DNA from: an uncultured Gemmatimonadales bacterium
GTDB lineage: Bacteria > Gemmatimonadota > Gemmatimonadetes > Gemmatimonadales > GWC2-71-9
Length of the DNA: 64,000 nucleotides
NCBI GenBank assembly: GCA_963821525.1
Contig: CAWGED010000019.1
Span: 96,001-160,000, forward strand
Direction of reading: 5' to 3'
Position 1 is the first letter of the stretch. Every line of letters starts with the position of its first letter. The notes under the pieces were generated by a model that was not told where the DNA came from, searched no databases, and saw only the letters and a list, made by a program, of their open reading frames with translations. The translations under genes were made by a program, and so were the position numbers. Shown piece after piece: positions 43,296 to 53,986 of this stretch.

Positions 43296-45083
43296 TTGGC
43301 CGTGAAAGACCTAGAGCCTCGATTCTCGGGAAGGTCCGCAGCTCTCGCACACTACTTCCACAGCTTCGCCACAACTCCCGCTTGCCACGGCCCTCCCGAC
43401 AGCCGACACTGGAGGCGTGTCTGCATCGTCATCCACTCCCGGTTCCCTAAGCGCTCGTTCCGTCGAGCCTCGGGCCACTCGCTGCTCCTCCTCGGAGCGA
43501 GCCTCGGAGTCGTGGCTCTGACCGCATCGATCGCTGTAGTGGCAGCGTGGAAGTCGCGCGCCAATACCCGGCAACTGCTCAAGGACTACGCCGCGTTTGC
43601 CGCATGGAGCTACTCCGAGCGGTTGGGGAGCGAGTTGGGTGAGACCATGTGGTTTACCCTGAATCCGATCGGCCACCGCCAGCCGCATCAGAGCCATATG
43701 ATGCCTGAGGCCGACAATCTCCCAGGCTACCTCGCCAGCAATCTCGCCGAGTGCCGCTGCAATCCACCGGCGAAGCCCTCTTCCTATTTCCGCTTTCGCC
43801 TCGGTGGCGATTCCATAACCACTGCCGGCCCCCCGATTCCCGCTCCGACTCAAGGGATGATCCCGAAACTGGTCGGCAAGGCCATACGCTCCAGCACGGA
43901 GTCCAACCCGTTCGGCATGGTTCCTCTACTCGGTGCGGGCCAGGTCGCCGCGTACGGGATCATGCCCACGGCGTGGCATGATACGATCGTCTATGGCTTT
44001 ACCTTCGATTCGGCCAGTCTGGTCGCCGCCTTTGACAGTGTGCTCCGCGGTCCGTCCCTCCTCCCGGAAACGGTCACCCGGGGCCAGGCCAATGCCCAAC
44101 TGCTGGCGCTGGAGATTCGCGATCATTCGGGGTCCCTGCTCTATCGCTCAGCCGACTGGCCCGCCAACGAGCGGGAGTGGCCCTATATCGCCGAAGAGCC
44201 TCTCCCCGCGTATCGCGGCGGGTTCGTTACCCGACTGACCCTGATCCCCAGCGCGGCAACGACACTGCTGGCGGGAGGTCTGCCCCGGACTCCGCTCCCG
44301 TTGCTGCTCCTCGTCGCCGTACTCGGTGTGGGCGCGGCAGCGGTCGCATTGGCTCAGCTGCGCCGGGAGGGTGCTCTGGCACGACTGCGCAGCGACTTCG
44401 TCGCCGGCGTCTCCCACGAGCTGCGCACGCCGCTGGCCCAGATTCGGCTCTTTCTCGATACTCTGCGGCTCAAGCGCTACGACACCCCGGCCGAGCAGGC
44501 ATGGCTGCTCGGTCATTTGTCGCGGGAAACCACGCGCCTCGAGCATCTGGTCGAGAACGTGCTCGCGGCTAGCCGCCTGGACCGGGGCGTACCGTCGTCG
44601 GCCCCGCTCGAGCCACTGGATCTGGGAAGAGAAGTGGCCGAGGCGGTCACCGCCTTCGCGCCACTTGCGGCTTCGCGACAGGTCTCCTTCAAATCCGATC
44701 TCCCAACCGGCGTAGGTGTCCTCGCGGATCAGGCCACCCTTCGTCAGTTGCTGCTGAACCTGTTCGATAACGCGGTGAAGTTCGGTCCACCGGGCCAGGT
44801 GGTTCGCGTGGGTGTCACCCGGGTCAACGGCAGTGCGAGGCTCAGCGTGACCGATCAGGGGCCGGGGGTTCCGGAAGAAGAACGGGAGCGGATCTGGGAG
44901 CCGTATTACCGCGGCTCCAGCTCGGCGGCGCGAGCCGTAGGAGGAAGCGGCATCGGACTCGCCATCGTCCGGACCGTGGCCGACCAGTTCGGTGGGGAAG
45001 TCAGCGTGGAGTCGGCGGCCGAAGGCGGGGCGGAATTCACCGTCTTGTTTCCGACTCTCGAGTCCGGCGCGGGCGACTCATGA
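43296..45083 (+). CDS. Sensor histidine kinase with large periplasmic domain; true start probably near 43420
   Basis: TM, periplasmic domain, [31 protein letters not shown]. Confidence 0.92.
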   Translation: MAVKDLEPRFSGRSAALAHYFHSFATTPACHGPPDSRHWRRVCIVIHSRFPKRSFRRASGHSLLLLGASLGVVALTASIAVVAAWKSRANTRQLLKDYAAFAAWSYSERLGSELGETMWFTLNPIGHRQPHQSHMMPEADNLPGYLASNLAECRCNPPAKPSSYFRFRLGGDSITTAGPPIPAPTQGMIPKLVGKAIRSSTESNPFGMVPLLGAGQVAAYGIMPTAWHDTIVYGFTFDSASLVAAFDSVLRGPSLLPETVTRGQANAQLLALEIRDHSGSLLYRSADWPANEREWPYIAEEPLPAYRGGFVTRLTLIPSAATTLLAGGLPRTPLPLLLLVAVLGVGAAAVALAQLRREGALARLRSDFVAGVSHELRTPLAQIRLFLDTLRLKRYDTPAEQAWLLGHLSRETTRLEHLVENVLAASRLDRGVPSSAPLEPLDLGREVAEAVTAFAPLAASRQVSFKSDLPTGVGVLADQATLRQLLLNLFDNAVKFGPPGQVVRVGVTRVNGSARLSVTDQGPGVPEEERERIWEPYYRGSSSAARAVGGSGIGLAIVRTVADQFGGEVSVESAAEGGAEFTVLFPTLESGAGDS

Positions 45084-45772
45084 AGGGAGCACGGATCCTT
45101 CTCGTAGAGGACAACGCGGACTTGGCCGATGGCCTCCGTTACAACCTCGAGCGCGAAGGCTATGCCGTGCAGGTGGCCGGCGACGGGCCTGCCGGACTCG
45201 ACGCCGCTCGGCACTGGAATCCCGACCTGATCCTTCTGGACCTGATGCTGCCGGGAATAAGTGGATTCCAGGTGCTCGAAGCCCTCCGCTCCAGTGGTCA
45301 TCGGGTGCCGGTGATCATCGTCAGCGCGCGCGGAGAGGAAGCCGACAAGGTGCGCGGCTTCCGGCTCGACGCCGATCAGTACGTAACCAAGCCGGTCGGA
45401 CTCCTGGAACTGCTCGAGCGAGTCCGCGCGATCCTCCGCCGGAGCAGCTTATTCTCCGGAGGAGACAGTGCCGCCCGGATCCGTTTCGGCGAAATCAGCA
45501 TCGACCCGGCTGCCCGCACCGTGACCCAGGGTGAGCGGCAGATCGCGCTCACTCCCAAGGCTTACGAGCTGATGCTTGCCCTGGTGCGCCGTGAAGGCGC
45601 CGTGATGAGCCGAATCGAGCTGTTGCGAGAGGTATGGGGCTCGGCCGGCGACGTGCAGACCCGCACGGTGGACTCCCACATGGCCGAGCTGCGCCGGAAG
45701 CTGGAAGAGAATCCGGCTGATCCCCGCCATTTCCTCACCGTCTGGAAGGTCGGGTACCGGTTCGAGTCCTGA
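45080..45772 (+). CDS. OmpR-family response regulator
   Basis: LLVEDN, LDLMLP, YVTKP, TRTVDSH..LRRKLE, TVWKVGYRF; ATGA overlap. Confidence 0.96.
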   Translation: MKGARILLVEDNADLADGLRYNLEREGYAVQVAGDGPAGLDAARHWNPDLILLDLMLPGISGFQVLEALRSSGHRVPVIIVSARGEEADKVRGFRLDADQYVTKPVGLLELLERVRAILRRSSLFSGGDSAARIRFGEISIDPAARTVTQGERQIALTPKAYELMLALVRREGAVMSRIELLREVWGSAGDVQTRTVDSHMAELRRKLEENPADPRHFLTVWKVGYRFES

Positions 45773-45864
45773 CTCGACGGGAACCGCACCAGCTTCGCAC
45801 AGTTCCACCACAACTCCCCGCCGCCACCTCCGTATCGTGAGCCAACCTGATACCGGAGGCCTCG

Positions 45865-47635
45865 ATGTTGAACCGTTCAGTCGCCGCGCTCCTCGCCGGG
45901 GTGCTCCTTACCCCAGTTGTCGCGCTTGCGGCCCCTCGCGACCAGATGCTGGTCTCACCGGCCTGGCTCAAATCCCACCTGGCCGACCGCCAGCTTGTCC
46001 TGCTGCAGATCGGCGAGCGGGGCGAATTCGACAAGGAACACATCCCCGGGGCCCGGTTTCTCGACTTCGAATCTCTCTCAGCCGATCAGGAAGGCGGACT
46101 CTACCTGGAGCTGCCGACGGTGGCCCAACTGGATTCGACCTTCGCCGCGTTGGGCGTGAGTCGCGATTCGCGGATCATCCTGTACTTCGGATCGGACTGG
46201 GTGAGCCCGACTACGAGGGCATGGCTGACCTTCGATTACCTGGGACTGGGAGATCGTACTTCGATTCTGGACGGAGGCTTGCCCGCATGGAAAGCGGCCG
46301 GCAACCCGGTCACCGCCGAGATGCCTCCACCGGCCACGGCGCAGCCGCTCGCCAGCACGGCACATCCCGAGCTGATCGCTGACGCCGAATGGATCCAGGC
46401 TCGGCTCGGCCAGCCGAAGTTTCGGCTGATCGATGCGCGCGATCCGCAGTTCTATGGCGGGCTCTCTGCCGGTTCGGGTACCCGCCCGGGGCACCTGCCC
46501 GGCGCCCGCAGCATTCCATTCACAACGGTTACCAATGAAGACGGCCGGTTCCTGTCCGACTCCGCCTTGCGGCGGGTGTTCAACCAGGCCGGTGTCTCGA
46601 AGGGAGATGAGATCGTGGCTTACTGTCACATCGGCCAGCAGGCCACCGCAGTGGTGTTTGCCGCCCGCCTGCTCGGCTACAAGGCGCGATTGTACGACGG
46701 GTCCTATCAGGACTGGACTCGAAGAGACCTCAAGGTGGAAGGCGGCGTTGCCCCGACCAAGGGTGCCCTGATTTCCACCGAGGAGCTGGCGACGCGGATG
46801 CGCGAAGGACAGCGTCACGCTGATCGATCTGCGGAGCGATCTCAACGCGTATCTCGCGAACCACCTTCCGGGCGCGGTCTATCTCCACTACGAGACGCTG
46901 AGAGCCGCCCAAGCCGGAGTGCCAGGCGACGTACTGCCCGCGGCGAGCTACGCCGAGTTGTGGGGCCGGATCGGAGTGCGTCGCGACCGTCCGGTCGTGA
47001 TCTACGCCAGCGGCGACGCCCAGAATTTCAATGCGACATTCCTCGCCTGGTTGCTCGCCGGCTTCCGCCAGCCGGAGGTGTACGTGCTGGATGGGGGCTA
47101 TGCCAAGTGGGCCGCGGAGAACCGGCCCCTCTCACGACTCTACCCTGAAATTGCCGCGGTGAAGTACGCCACCGATCCGTTCCTGCTCGATCGGATCGAG
47201 GGAGAGCATGTCCAGCACTCGCTGGGCGGCAAGCAGGTCGCGATCGTGGACGTCCGGCCTGCGGATCAATTCGCGGGAACCGCAGGCGCGCAGATTCGGC
47301 GGGGACACATCCCCGGAGCGATCAACCATTTCTGGCACGATGATCTGGTCACCAGCAATGGTGTGACCCTGTGGAAATCGGTCGATGAGTTGCGTGCCGC
47401 CTACGCCGCGCAGGGGATCACACCGGACAAGTGGATCATCGTGTACTGCAATACCGGCACGGAGGCGAGCCATGCCTACTTCGCGCTCCACTTCCTGCTG
47501 GGATACCCCAACGTGCACGTGTACGTCCCATCCTGGACCGAATGGGCCGAGAGAACCGACTGGCCGGTGGACGGACCGGTCACGACCGGAACCGCACCAC
47601 AGGCGCAGGGAGCGCGCAGCTGTTCAGAGAATTGA
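45865..47635 (+). CDS. Exported four-domain rhodanese/sulfurtransferase; frameshift near 46810
   Basis: Signal peptide; HIPGA, HLPGA, HLPGA, HIPGA; catalytic loops YCHIGQQA and YCNTGTEA; LDGG motifs. Confidence 0.88.
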
Positions 47636-47658
47636 GAAGCGATTGTTGTAGAAACTCG

Positions 47659-47688
47659 AAGGCCCCGTGGTGAACCCACGGGGCCTTA
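47659..47688. terminator. Hairpin between convergent rhodanese and tRNA-Ala
   Basis: aaggccccgtgg-tgaac-ccacggggcctt. Confidence 0.7.
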
Positions 47689-47718
47689 GCTTTCGAGGCT
47701 ATGCGATCCTGAGAGGAA

Positions 47719-47791
47719 TGGAGCGGACCGGGATCGAACCGGTGACCCCCTGGTTGCAAACCAGGTGCTCTCCCAGCTGAGCTACCGCCCC
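47719..47791 (-). tRNA. tRNA-Ala(TGC), CCA not encoded
   Basis: Reverse complement GGGGCGGTAGCTCAGCTGGGAGAGCACCTGGTTTGCAACCAGGGGGTCACCGGTTCGATCCCGGTCCGCTCCA; G3:U70 pair present. Confidence 0.97.
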
Positions 47792-47884
47792 GAAGGTGAA
47801 ACGCGGGAGGAACTTAGCATCCTGTCACTCGGGATGGAACGGCCCAGTGGGGTGGCCGAACCGCGGCCTTTGCTGCAGGATAGA

Positions 47885-48454
47885 ATGACTATGCTTGCCT
47901 CCTGGGAAGCCGCTCAGCACGTTACCGGCGTTCTGGTTGATGTCACGCTGCTGCTCGGCGCCATCGGCGCGATCGTCAAATTCCAGCTCTTCAACATTTT
48001 TGGGCATCGCTGGCATTCGACGCTGGATTGCGCGCACTACGAACTGCCCGACGGCTCGGTAGTTTTTACCGCGGACTACACCGTCACCAATCGCGGCCAG
48101 CGCCCGCTCCGCCTTCGGGCGGTTTCCCTGAGGTTGGTTCAGTGCCGGCGCCAGGGCCACATCCTGCTCCCCGACGAGACCGCGCCGATCGCCGAGCGGA
48201 TAATTCGCCCGTCTGACCCGGGGATGAAGGGGAATCTGCAGATCGAGTCGGGTGAGCGTACTATCTTCACTCTTCGGGCTGCCCTGCCCGAACTTCCGGA
48301 CCAGGTATTTGTCGTCTGTGCGTTGGACGCGGTGACCAAGCGGTCCTACACCAGCTTCCGAGGTTTCTATTCGCGTCTGGCGCCCGCTCGGCGGGTCATC
48401 CGGCATAGTGGCTCTCAGGTGCCGCCACCGTTGGCAGATCCTTCGGAGGGCTAA
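47885..48454 (+). CDS. Hypothetical protein with N-terminal TM and beta-rich domain
   Basis: Protein-like ORF (YTVTNRGQRPLRL..IESGE), co-oriented with neighbours. Confidence 0.65.
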   Translation: MTMLASWEAAQHVTGVLVDVTLLLGAIGAIVKFQLFNIFGHRWHSTLDCAHYELPDGSVVFTADYTVTNRGQRPLRLRAVSLRLVQCRRQGHILLPDETAPIAERIIRPSDPGMKGNLQIESGERTIFTLRAALPELPDQVFVVCALDAVTKRSYTSFRGFYSRLAPARRVIRHSGSQVPPPLADPSEG

Positions 48455-48466
48455 CCTGAGGACTCG

Positions 48467-48970
48467 ATGACCCGCACTGCCAAGCTTCTTCTTGTTGTCG
48501 CCGGATATGCCATCGCCCTGCTCGTAGCGCTGGGGGTCACTCAAGCCCACCAGGTCGCCACCAGCGGGCCGGCCTGGCAGGGCTACTCGGGCATGCTCGC
48601 CTTCGGCGATTCGGTCCTTTTCCTCGGTGTCTTTGGTTTGACAGCGGTGCCCGCGACGGGCGCCGCGCTCTACTTTCTCCGGCCCGTCCGCCTGTTCTGG
48701 CAGATCGCCTCGATCACCGCGTTGGCCATCGCGGCGACCGGTCTCGCAGCATTCTTCGGATACCTCCTGTTCCGTAGCGCGCAACCGGCAAGCATGTTGG
48801 TGGCCTTGACGCCCATCCGAGTACTGCTCGCCCCACTGTTTGGCACCGCCTTCTTCCTGGGATTGCTCTTTGCGCCGTCGCGCCCCGGTCGCCTCGCATT
48901 CCTTGCTGCTACCGTGATCGAAGCGGTCGTCTTCATCTCGGTTGCCTTCATCTGGTGGCGCTCGTCATAG
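48467..48970 (+). CDS. Hypothetical multi-pass membrane protein
   Basis: GAGG RBS, about five hydrophobic segments. Confidence 0.75.
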   Translation: MTRTAKLLLVVAGYAIALLVALGVTQAHQVATSGPAWQGYSGMLAFGDSVLFLGVFGLTAVPATGAALYFLRPVRLFWQIASITALAIAATGLAAFFGYLLFRSAQPASMLVALTPIRVLLAPLFGTAFFLGLLFAPSRPGRLAFLAATVIEAVVFISVAFIWWRSS

Positions 48971-49043
48971 AGAATTCCTGGCCGCATCCACGATTGGTGC
49001 GGCACCCGCTGTAGCGGCAAGACACTCCGCCCGGACGCCTGGC

Positions 49044-50620
49044 ATGCAAGAGGACGTCACACTCATCAGACCCGATCCGGATGACCGGACTCCGGGGACC
49101 ACTGCAGGGTTCCCGGTCGACCTGCTCCTCCAGTCTGCCGGGCGTCTTCGAGTTCTGGCCCTCCTCTACGCCTTCGTTTTCTTCATGGCTGGTGTCTTTC
49201 CCGCCCTGTTCATCCCCCGAAGACCGGACTCGATTCTTCAGCACCTTCATCCAGTGGGGCCCCAGCGTCATCGGGATGGTAGTAGCGGTTCTCGTTGCCT
49301 GGGTGATTCGGAGCCCGCGCTTCTCGCTGCCCGCGGCGATGAACCTCGGACTAAGCATTCGAGATCGTCAGCAGCTACGCCATCGCCGCAGCCGAGTTCG
49401 GCGACCCCATGAGCATCGAAACCCACCAGGGTTTCCTCGGACTCTCCTGGGTCGCCGTCTGGGTCGTGTTGTTCACGATCGTCGTGCCGACCTCTCCCCG
49501 CCGCGCGGTGCTGGCAGCCCTCGCGTCGGTCAGCGCTGTGCCGGTCGTTATCGGGGTAGTAGTGGCGTCCGGCGCGGCCTCATCCCCGGTTAGTCCGCTT
49601 CACTTCTTCTTCGGTCTCGTATTCCCGTATCTCCTCGTAGTGGCCATGGCCTACGTCGGGGCTCGAGTGGTCTACCAGCTGGGCACCGAGGTCAAGCGAG
49701 CCCGAGAGCTGGGGAGTTACCGGCTGGAGAAGAAACTCGGCGAGGGAGGAATGGGCGAGGTGTGGCAAGCTCGGCATCGCATGCTGGCCCGGCCTGCGGC
49801 CATCAAGCTGATTCGTCCTTCAACGACCGGGAAAACGGGGCCTGAAGTATCTCAAGAGGCCGTCCGACGATTCGAACGCGAGGCCCAAGTCATCGCGAGG
49901 CTCCGCTCCCCGCACACCGTCGACCTCTTCGATTTCGGGATCGCCGCCGACGGAGCGTTCTATTACGTCATGGAACTGCTCGAAGGCCTCGACGTGGACA
50001 GGCTGCTCAGGCGCTTCGGGCCCACTCCGCCCGGGCGTGCCATTCACCTGCTACGCCAGGTCTGCCACTCGCTGTCGGAGGCCCAGTCATGCGGGCTGGT
50101 GCACCGGGACATCAAGCCGGCGAACATCTTCGTCTGCCAGTATGGAGAGGAGTACGACTTCGTAAAGGTCCTCGATTTTGGAATTGTGGGAGCCGTCCAC
50201 ACCCCTGATGACTCGAACACCGTGCAGACCCGGGAGAATGACCTCAAGGGCACCCCCGCGTTCATGGCCCCCGAGCAGGCAATGGGTCGGCCGGTGGATG
50301 GGCGGGCCGACATCTATGCCACTGGTTGTGTCGCCTACTGGCTCTTGACCGGGCAGTATGTGTTCACCGCCGACAATGCGATGGGACTCCTGCTGCAACA
50401 CGCGCAAACGTCGCCGGTGCCTCCATCGGCCCGGACCGAGCTGTCCATTCCACCCGCCCTCGATGACCTCGTGCTGGCTTGTCTGGCGAAGGATCCCGCA
50501 CATCGCCCCCAGTCAGCGCGAGAGCTGTCTCTCAGGCTGGCAGAGTTGGAGGCACGGCATCCGTGGAGCCAGGAGCTGGCGCGGGAATGGTGGACCCTGC
50601 ACAAACCGACACAGGGGTAG
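49044..50620 (+). CDS. Hanks-type Ser/Thr kinase with N-terminal multi-TM region, frameshifted
   Basis: LGEGGMGEV, AIK, HRDIKPAN, DFG, GTPAFMAPE, DIYATG. Confidence 0.93.
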
Positions 50621-50793
50621 CGGGGCTCGAGCTTCGCGACACGCGACGCCAGGGACTGCAGTGCCTAGGATCTGCCATAGATGTTTCGGGCGGCGACACA
50701 CCCCACCCTTGCCCTTTAGGCCAATGCACTCAGCGCCAAGTCATATAGATTGTGGAAGGGCCAGCCCCGCACATCACCAACCACGAGGTCCAG

Positions 50794-51369
50794 ATGCCAA
50801 ACGTTCGTGCGCGCCTGCTGCCGAGTCTCTTGCTGACCGGCGGAGTGCTCGCCTACGCCGCGTGCGCCAGTACGTCCGTTACTTCGGACCGGGACTCGAC
50901 GATCCCCATCCCGAAGGCGGCCAAGGTCACTTTCGTGGGTGGAACCGATGCCACCGGGGTCGATCCCGCGGTCCGGAACGACATCGTCCACCAGCGCATC
51001 CATACCGCGATCATAAAGGAGTTGCAGGCCAAGGGTTTCCAGGTGGTGGACGACGAGGCTAGCGCAGACTTCCTGGTTCGCTATTTCGTTGGCGTGAAAC
51101 AGTCCACTGAATACGTCAGCACCACGACCGGTATGACCGGCGGTTGGGGCTATGGCTACGGCTGGGGTTGGGGCGGCGGATATGCCACGACCACGACCAC
51201 GCCGGTGACCGTCCGGGACGCGAAATTCGTAGTTGACCTGGTGACCGCGAAAGACAACCGCCTCGTGTGGCGCGGGGAGCTGAGTGGCGAGGCTCCAGAC
51301 CATCCGCCCACCCAGGAGGAGGTGGACGGCGGGGTAGGACGGACCATGCAGTCGTTGAAGGCGGACTAG
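50794..51369 (+). CDS. DUF4136-like lipoprotein
   Basis: AAC lipobox, ADFLVRY, GWGYGYGWGWGG, VVDLV..LVWRG. Confidence 0.85.
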   Translation: MPNVRARLLPSLLLTGGVLAYAACASTSVTSDRDSTIPIPKAAKVTFVGGTDATGVDPAVRNDIVHQRIHTAIIKELQAKGFQVVDDEASADFLVRYFVGVKQSTEYVSTTTGMTGGWGYGYGWGWGGGYATTTTTPVTVRDAKFVVDLVTAKDNRLVWRGELSGEAPDHPPTQEEVDGGVGRTMQSLKAD

Positions 51370-51393
51370 CTACGGAGGTACAACTGAGGACTT

Positions 51394-51429
51394 GCGGCGG
51401 GCCGGCCTTCGGGCTGGCCCGCCGCTTTT
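51394..51429. terminator. Intrinsic terminator between convergent genes
   Basis: gcggcgggccggcc-ttcg-ggctggcccgccgc-tttt. Confidence 0.85.
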
Positions 51430-52312
51430 CTATTCGAGCCCTGCGTTGCGTTTCAGCCGGCCCGCCACGACGGTGACGTTGTCGCTCCCGCCCCGTTCCA
51501 GCGCCAGGTCCACCAGCTTGCGGCAGATCAGCTCTGCAGGAGTGGATGTCGGTCAGGTGCTGCTGGATTTCTCCTTCCGTCACGTGCTTGGTCAACCCGT
51601 CGGTGCAGAGCAGCATGACGTCGTCCCAGCGCACGTCGGTCACCGTGGTCATGGGAGTGGCCTGACTCCCACCGACCGCGCTCGACAGGATGCTCTTGAA
51701 CGGAGACCGGTCGAGGTTCGCCGAATCGAGCACGCCGGCATCCACCAGCGCCTGCGCCATTGTCTGGTCCTTGGTGATCTGATCGAGCCGGCCCTGACGC
51801 AGGATGTAGAGCCGGCTGTCTCCTACATGGACCACGTAGGCGCGGGGCCAGAGCACCGCGACCAGCGTGAGCGTCGTCGCCATCCCTTCCCGCAACGGGT
51901 CCGCTTCTCCCTCCGCGCGAAGCAGCGAGTGACTGTGCAGCACTGACTCCTGCAGATCCGCCAGGAACTTCGACTCTTCATCCGGATCGTGATGGTAGTA
52001 GAGCCGCATCGTGTGGGTGACGTAGTGCGCGATGGCGGACAACGCGGTGCCACTCGCGTGCTGCCCTCCCGGCATGCCTCCGACCCCGTCTGCGACCAGA
52101 AATACGAAGCCGCGTGACTCGCTCATCAGCTCAGGCAACCGCTCCGGCGGGAGGCTGGTTGACTGGATCTGCATGGTCTTGTGGAGACTCGCGATGAGGA
52201 ACTGGTCCTGGTTCTCCTTCCGGACCTTCCCCTGATCGGTGAGACCGAACACGTCAATGTCCGACGCCATCGGTCTCGACCGGCGTACCAGCGAATTCCG
52301 GATGGTGGTCAT
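51430..52312 (-). CDS. PP2C-family Ser/Thr phosphatase; frameshift near 51535
   Basis: TDQGKVRKENQD, VADGVGG, HVGDSRLY, LCTDGL, GGSDNVTV. Confidence 0.93.
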
Positions 52313-52440
52313 CGGCAGCCTCCTGCTGGAGCCGAAGGCGGGTGGCGCACGGCCCCTCCTTACTCTACGTCGCCGCCCGGAATTGGCAACCGCATTCAGC
52401 GACGTGATCCAGCTTACGCGGGCCAGGGAACTTCGGGCTC

Positions 52441-52469
52441 TTGACGGCCCCCGTCGCCCAAGGTACTGT
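52441..52469 (+). promoter_or_regulatory. Sigma70-type promoter (TTGACG-N17-TACTGT)
   Basis: Hexamers at 52441-52446 and 52464-52469, 17-nt spacer. Confidence 0.65.
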
Positions 52470-52474
52470 GCGTG

Positions 52475-52608
52475 TCGCGGGGCAAACGCGGTCCCGCGGA
52501 TTCACATAGGCTCCTTCGGGGGCCGCCGCGGCGGGTGAGGGAGTGCCTCACAAGCGGACGGCGCATTGGCAGACTCGAATAGTCTCCCAAGCGCCGTCTG
52601 CTTTTTTT
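52475..52608 (+). ncRNA. Candidate structured sRNA or attenuating 5' leader (four hairpins, the last an intrinsic terminator)
   Basis: Stems 52476-52498, 52509-52524 (UUCG loop), 52535-52551, 52554-52601 followed by T7. Confidence 0.55.
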
Positions 52609-52642
52609 ATCGAGTGAGCGGGAACGCCCCAGGGAGGGGTTC

Positions 52643-52867
52643 ATGCGTATCTCTGCGGTAATAGGCGTGCTGTTGCTTGTCGTCGGCGTCTTTGTGCTGG
52701 TTACAGGGATGCAGTACAAGGACACGAAGAAGATCGTGGACGTCGGAGATGTCGAGGTGAAAGCCACCGACCACCGGCCGGTTCCCAAGTGGGTCGGTAT
52801 CGTAGCCCTGGTGGGAGGGGTCGCCCTTGTGGGCGCCGGGATGGCGGGCCGGAAGGCCGGGGGCTGA
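52643..52867 (+). CDS. Small two-TM membrane protein (DUF3185-like)
   Basis: GGAGGGG RBS; TM, IVDVGDVEVKA, VPKWVG, TM. Confidence 0.8.
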   Translation: MRISAVIGVLLLVVGVFVLVTGMQYKDTKKIVDVGDVEVKATDHRPVPKWVGIVALVGGVALVGAGMAGRKAGG

Positions 52868-52903
52868 AGGTCAGGAGTGGAACCAACCTGAAAGGAGAAG
52901 GCA

Positions 52904-53053
52904 ATGCTGGAGACAATCGCCATCATCTTGCTTGTTCTGTGGGTACTCGGGCTGGTGAGCAGCTACACGGTGGGCGGCTTCATCCACATCCTGCTCGTCG
53001 CCGCGATCATCATTTTCCTGATTCGCATCTTGCAGGGGCGCCGCCCCGTCTAG
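52904..53053 (+). CDS. lmo0937-family small membrane protein (49 aa, not in ORF track)
   Basis: MLETIAIILLVLWVLGLVSSYTVGGFIHILLVAAIIIFLIRILQGRRPV; AAGGAG RBS. Confidence 0.9.
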   Translation: MLETIAIILLVLWVLGLVSSYTVGGFIHILLVAAIIIFLIRILQGRRPV

Positions 53054-53116
53054 GTTTGCCTTCCCAGTCTGGGCAGGCGTGGTTTCGCCTGCCCGGACTG
53101 CGGAGGGCCGCCCGTT

Positions 53117-53986
53117 TCATTCGATTGGAAGTTCCATCCGCTCCGCCCACTCCGACCACGCTCCGGTGTAGATCCGCACCTTCGGGTACCCCAGCAGGTA
53201 CTTGAGGGCGAAAAAGACGTGGCTGGCTTCGGTGCTCGAGTTGCAATAGAGGATGAGGTCCTGATCTGGGGTGATGCCCCGCGCCGCGTAATCCGCCCGC
53301 ATCGAGTCAACCGACTTCCACACCAGCGACAGGTCGCGCTGCTCGAGATCGTCTTTCCACGGGTGATTGATCGCCCCGGGAATGTGGCCTCGCCGCCGCT
53401 GCGCACCCGCGCTCCCGCCGTACTGGTCAGCCGGCCGAGCATCCACCAGGCGCACGCCGGATTTCCCCAATGATTGCTGCACGTCGCTCAGCACGGCGGT
53501 CGGCATCTTGAAATGATGCGGATCCAGTGCCTTGCCGGTGACTTCCGCGTGGGGATACTCCTGAGTGAGCTTCTTCCCTTCGAGCTGCCACTTGGCGTAG
53601 CCGCCGTCCAGGAGGTAAATCCGCGGGTGCTGGAAGCCCGCCAGGATCCACACCACGAACGTCGCATCGATGTCGAACTGGTCCCCCGCACTGTACACCA
53701 CGACGGGACGATCAGCGCGCACACCCGCTCGGCTGAACAGCGCGGCATACATCTCGGCCGGCAACAGCTGGAAGGGCAGCCCGCCGCTGGTTGACCTCAA
53801 GGTCTCGACATTGAGCCACACCGATCCCGGCAGGTGGTTCTGCAGATAGGCGGTCCACGGCTGACGGACGTCGAGCACGGTTACCGACTCGCTCTCCAGC
53901 ATCCGCGCCAGGGAATCGGTGCTGATCAGCGCGGGCTGAGGTGCCGCTGCCAAGGCAGTCCAGGTGACAATCGACAGCAGGTTCAC
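53117..53986 (-). CDS. Exported tandem-domain rhodanese/sulfurtransferase
   Basis: Short signal peptide, HLPGS, LDGG, GHIPGA, catalytic YCNSSTEA, YTGAWSEW. Confidence 0.93.
   Translation of the reverse strand: MNLLSIVTWTALAAAPQPALISTDSLARMLESESVTVLDVRQPWTAYLQNHLPGSVWLNVETLRSTSGGLPFQLLPAEMYAALFSRAGVRADRPVVVYSAGDQFDIDATFVVWILAGFQHPRIYLLDGGYAKWQLEGKKLTQEYPHAEVTGKALDPHHFKMPTAVLSDVQQSLGKSGVRLVDARPADQYGGSAGAQRRRGHIPGAINHPWKDDLEQRDLSLVWKSVDSMRADYAARGITPDQDLILYCNSSTEASHVFFALKYLLGYPKVRIYTGAWSEWAERMELPIE

Noticed and set aside
47719..47791. tRNA-Ala or tRNA-Leu as integration sites of an island or prophage
   Set aside because: I found no integrase, phage genes or duplicated tRNA 3' end in the window.
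52480..52550. c-di-GMP-I riboswitch
   Set aside because: GGCAAAC and TGCC are present but the GNRA tetraloop and GACGCAAAGC core are missing. Kept only as an unclassified RNA candidate.
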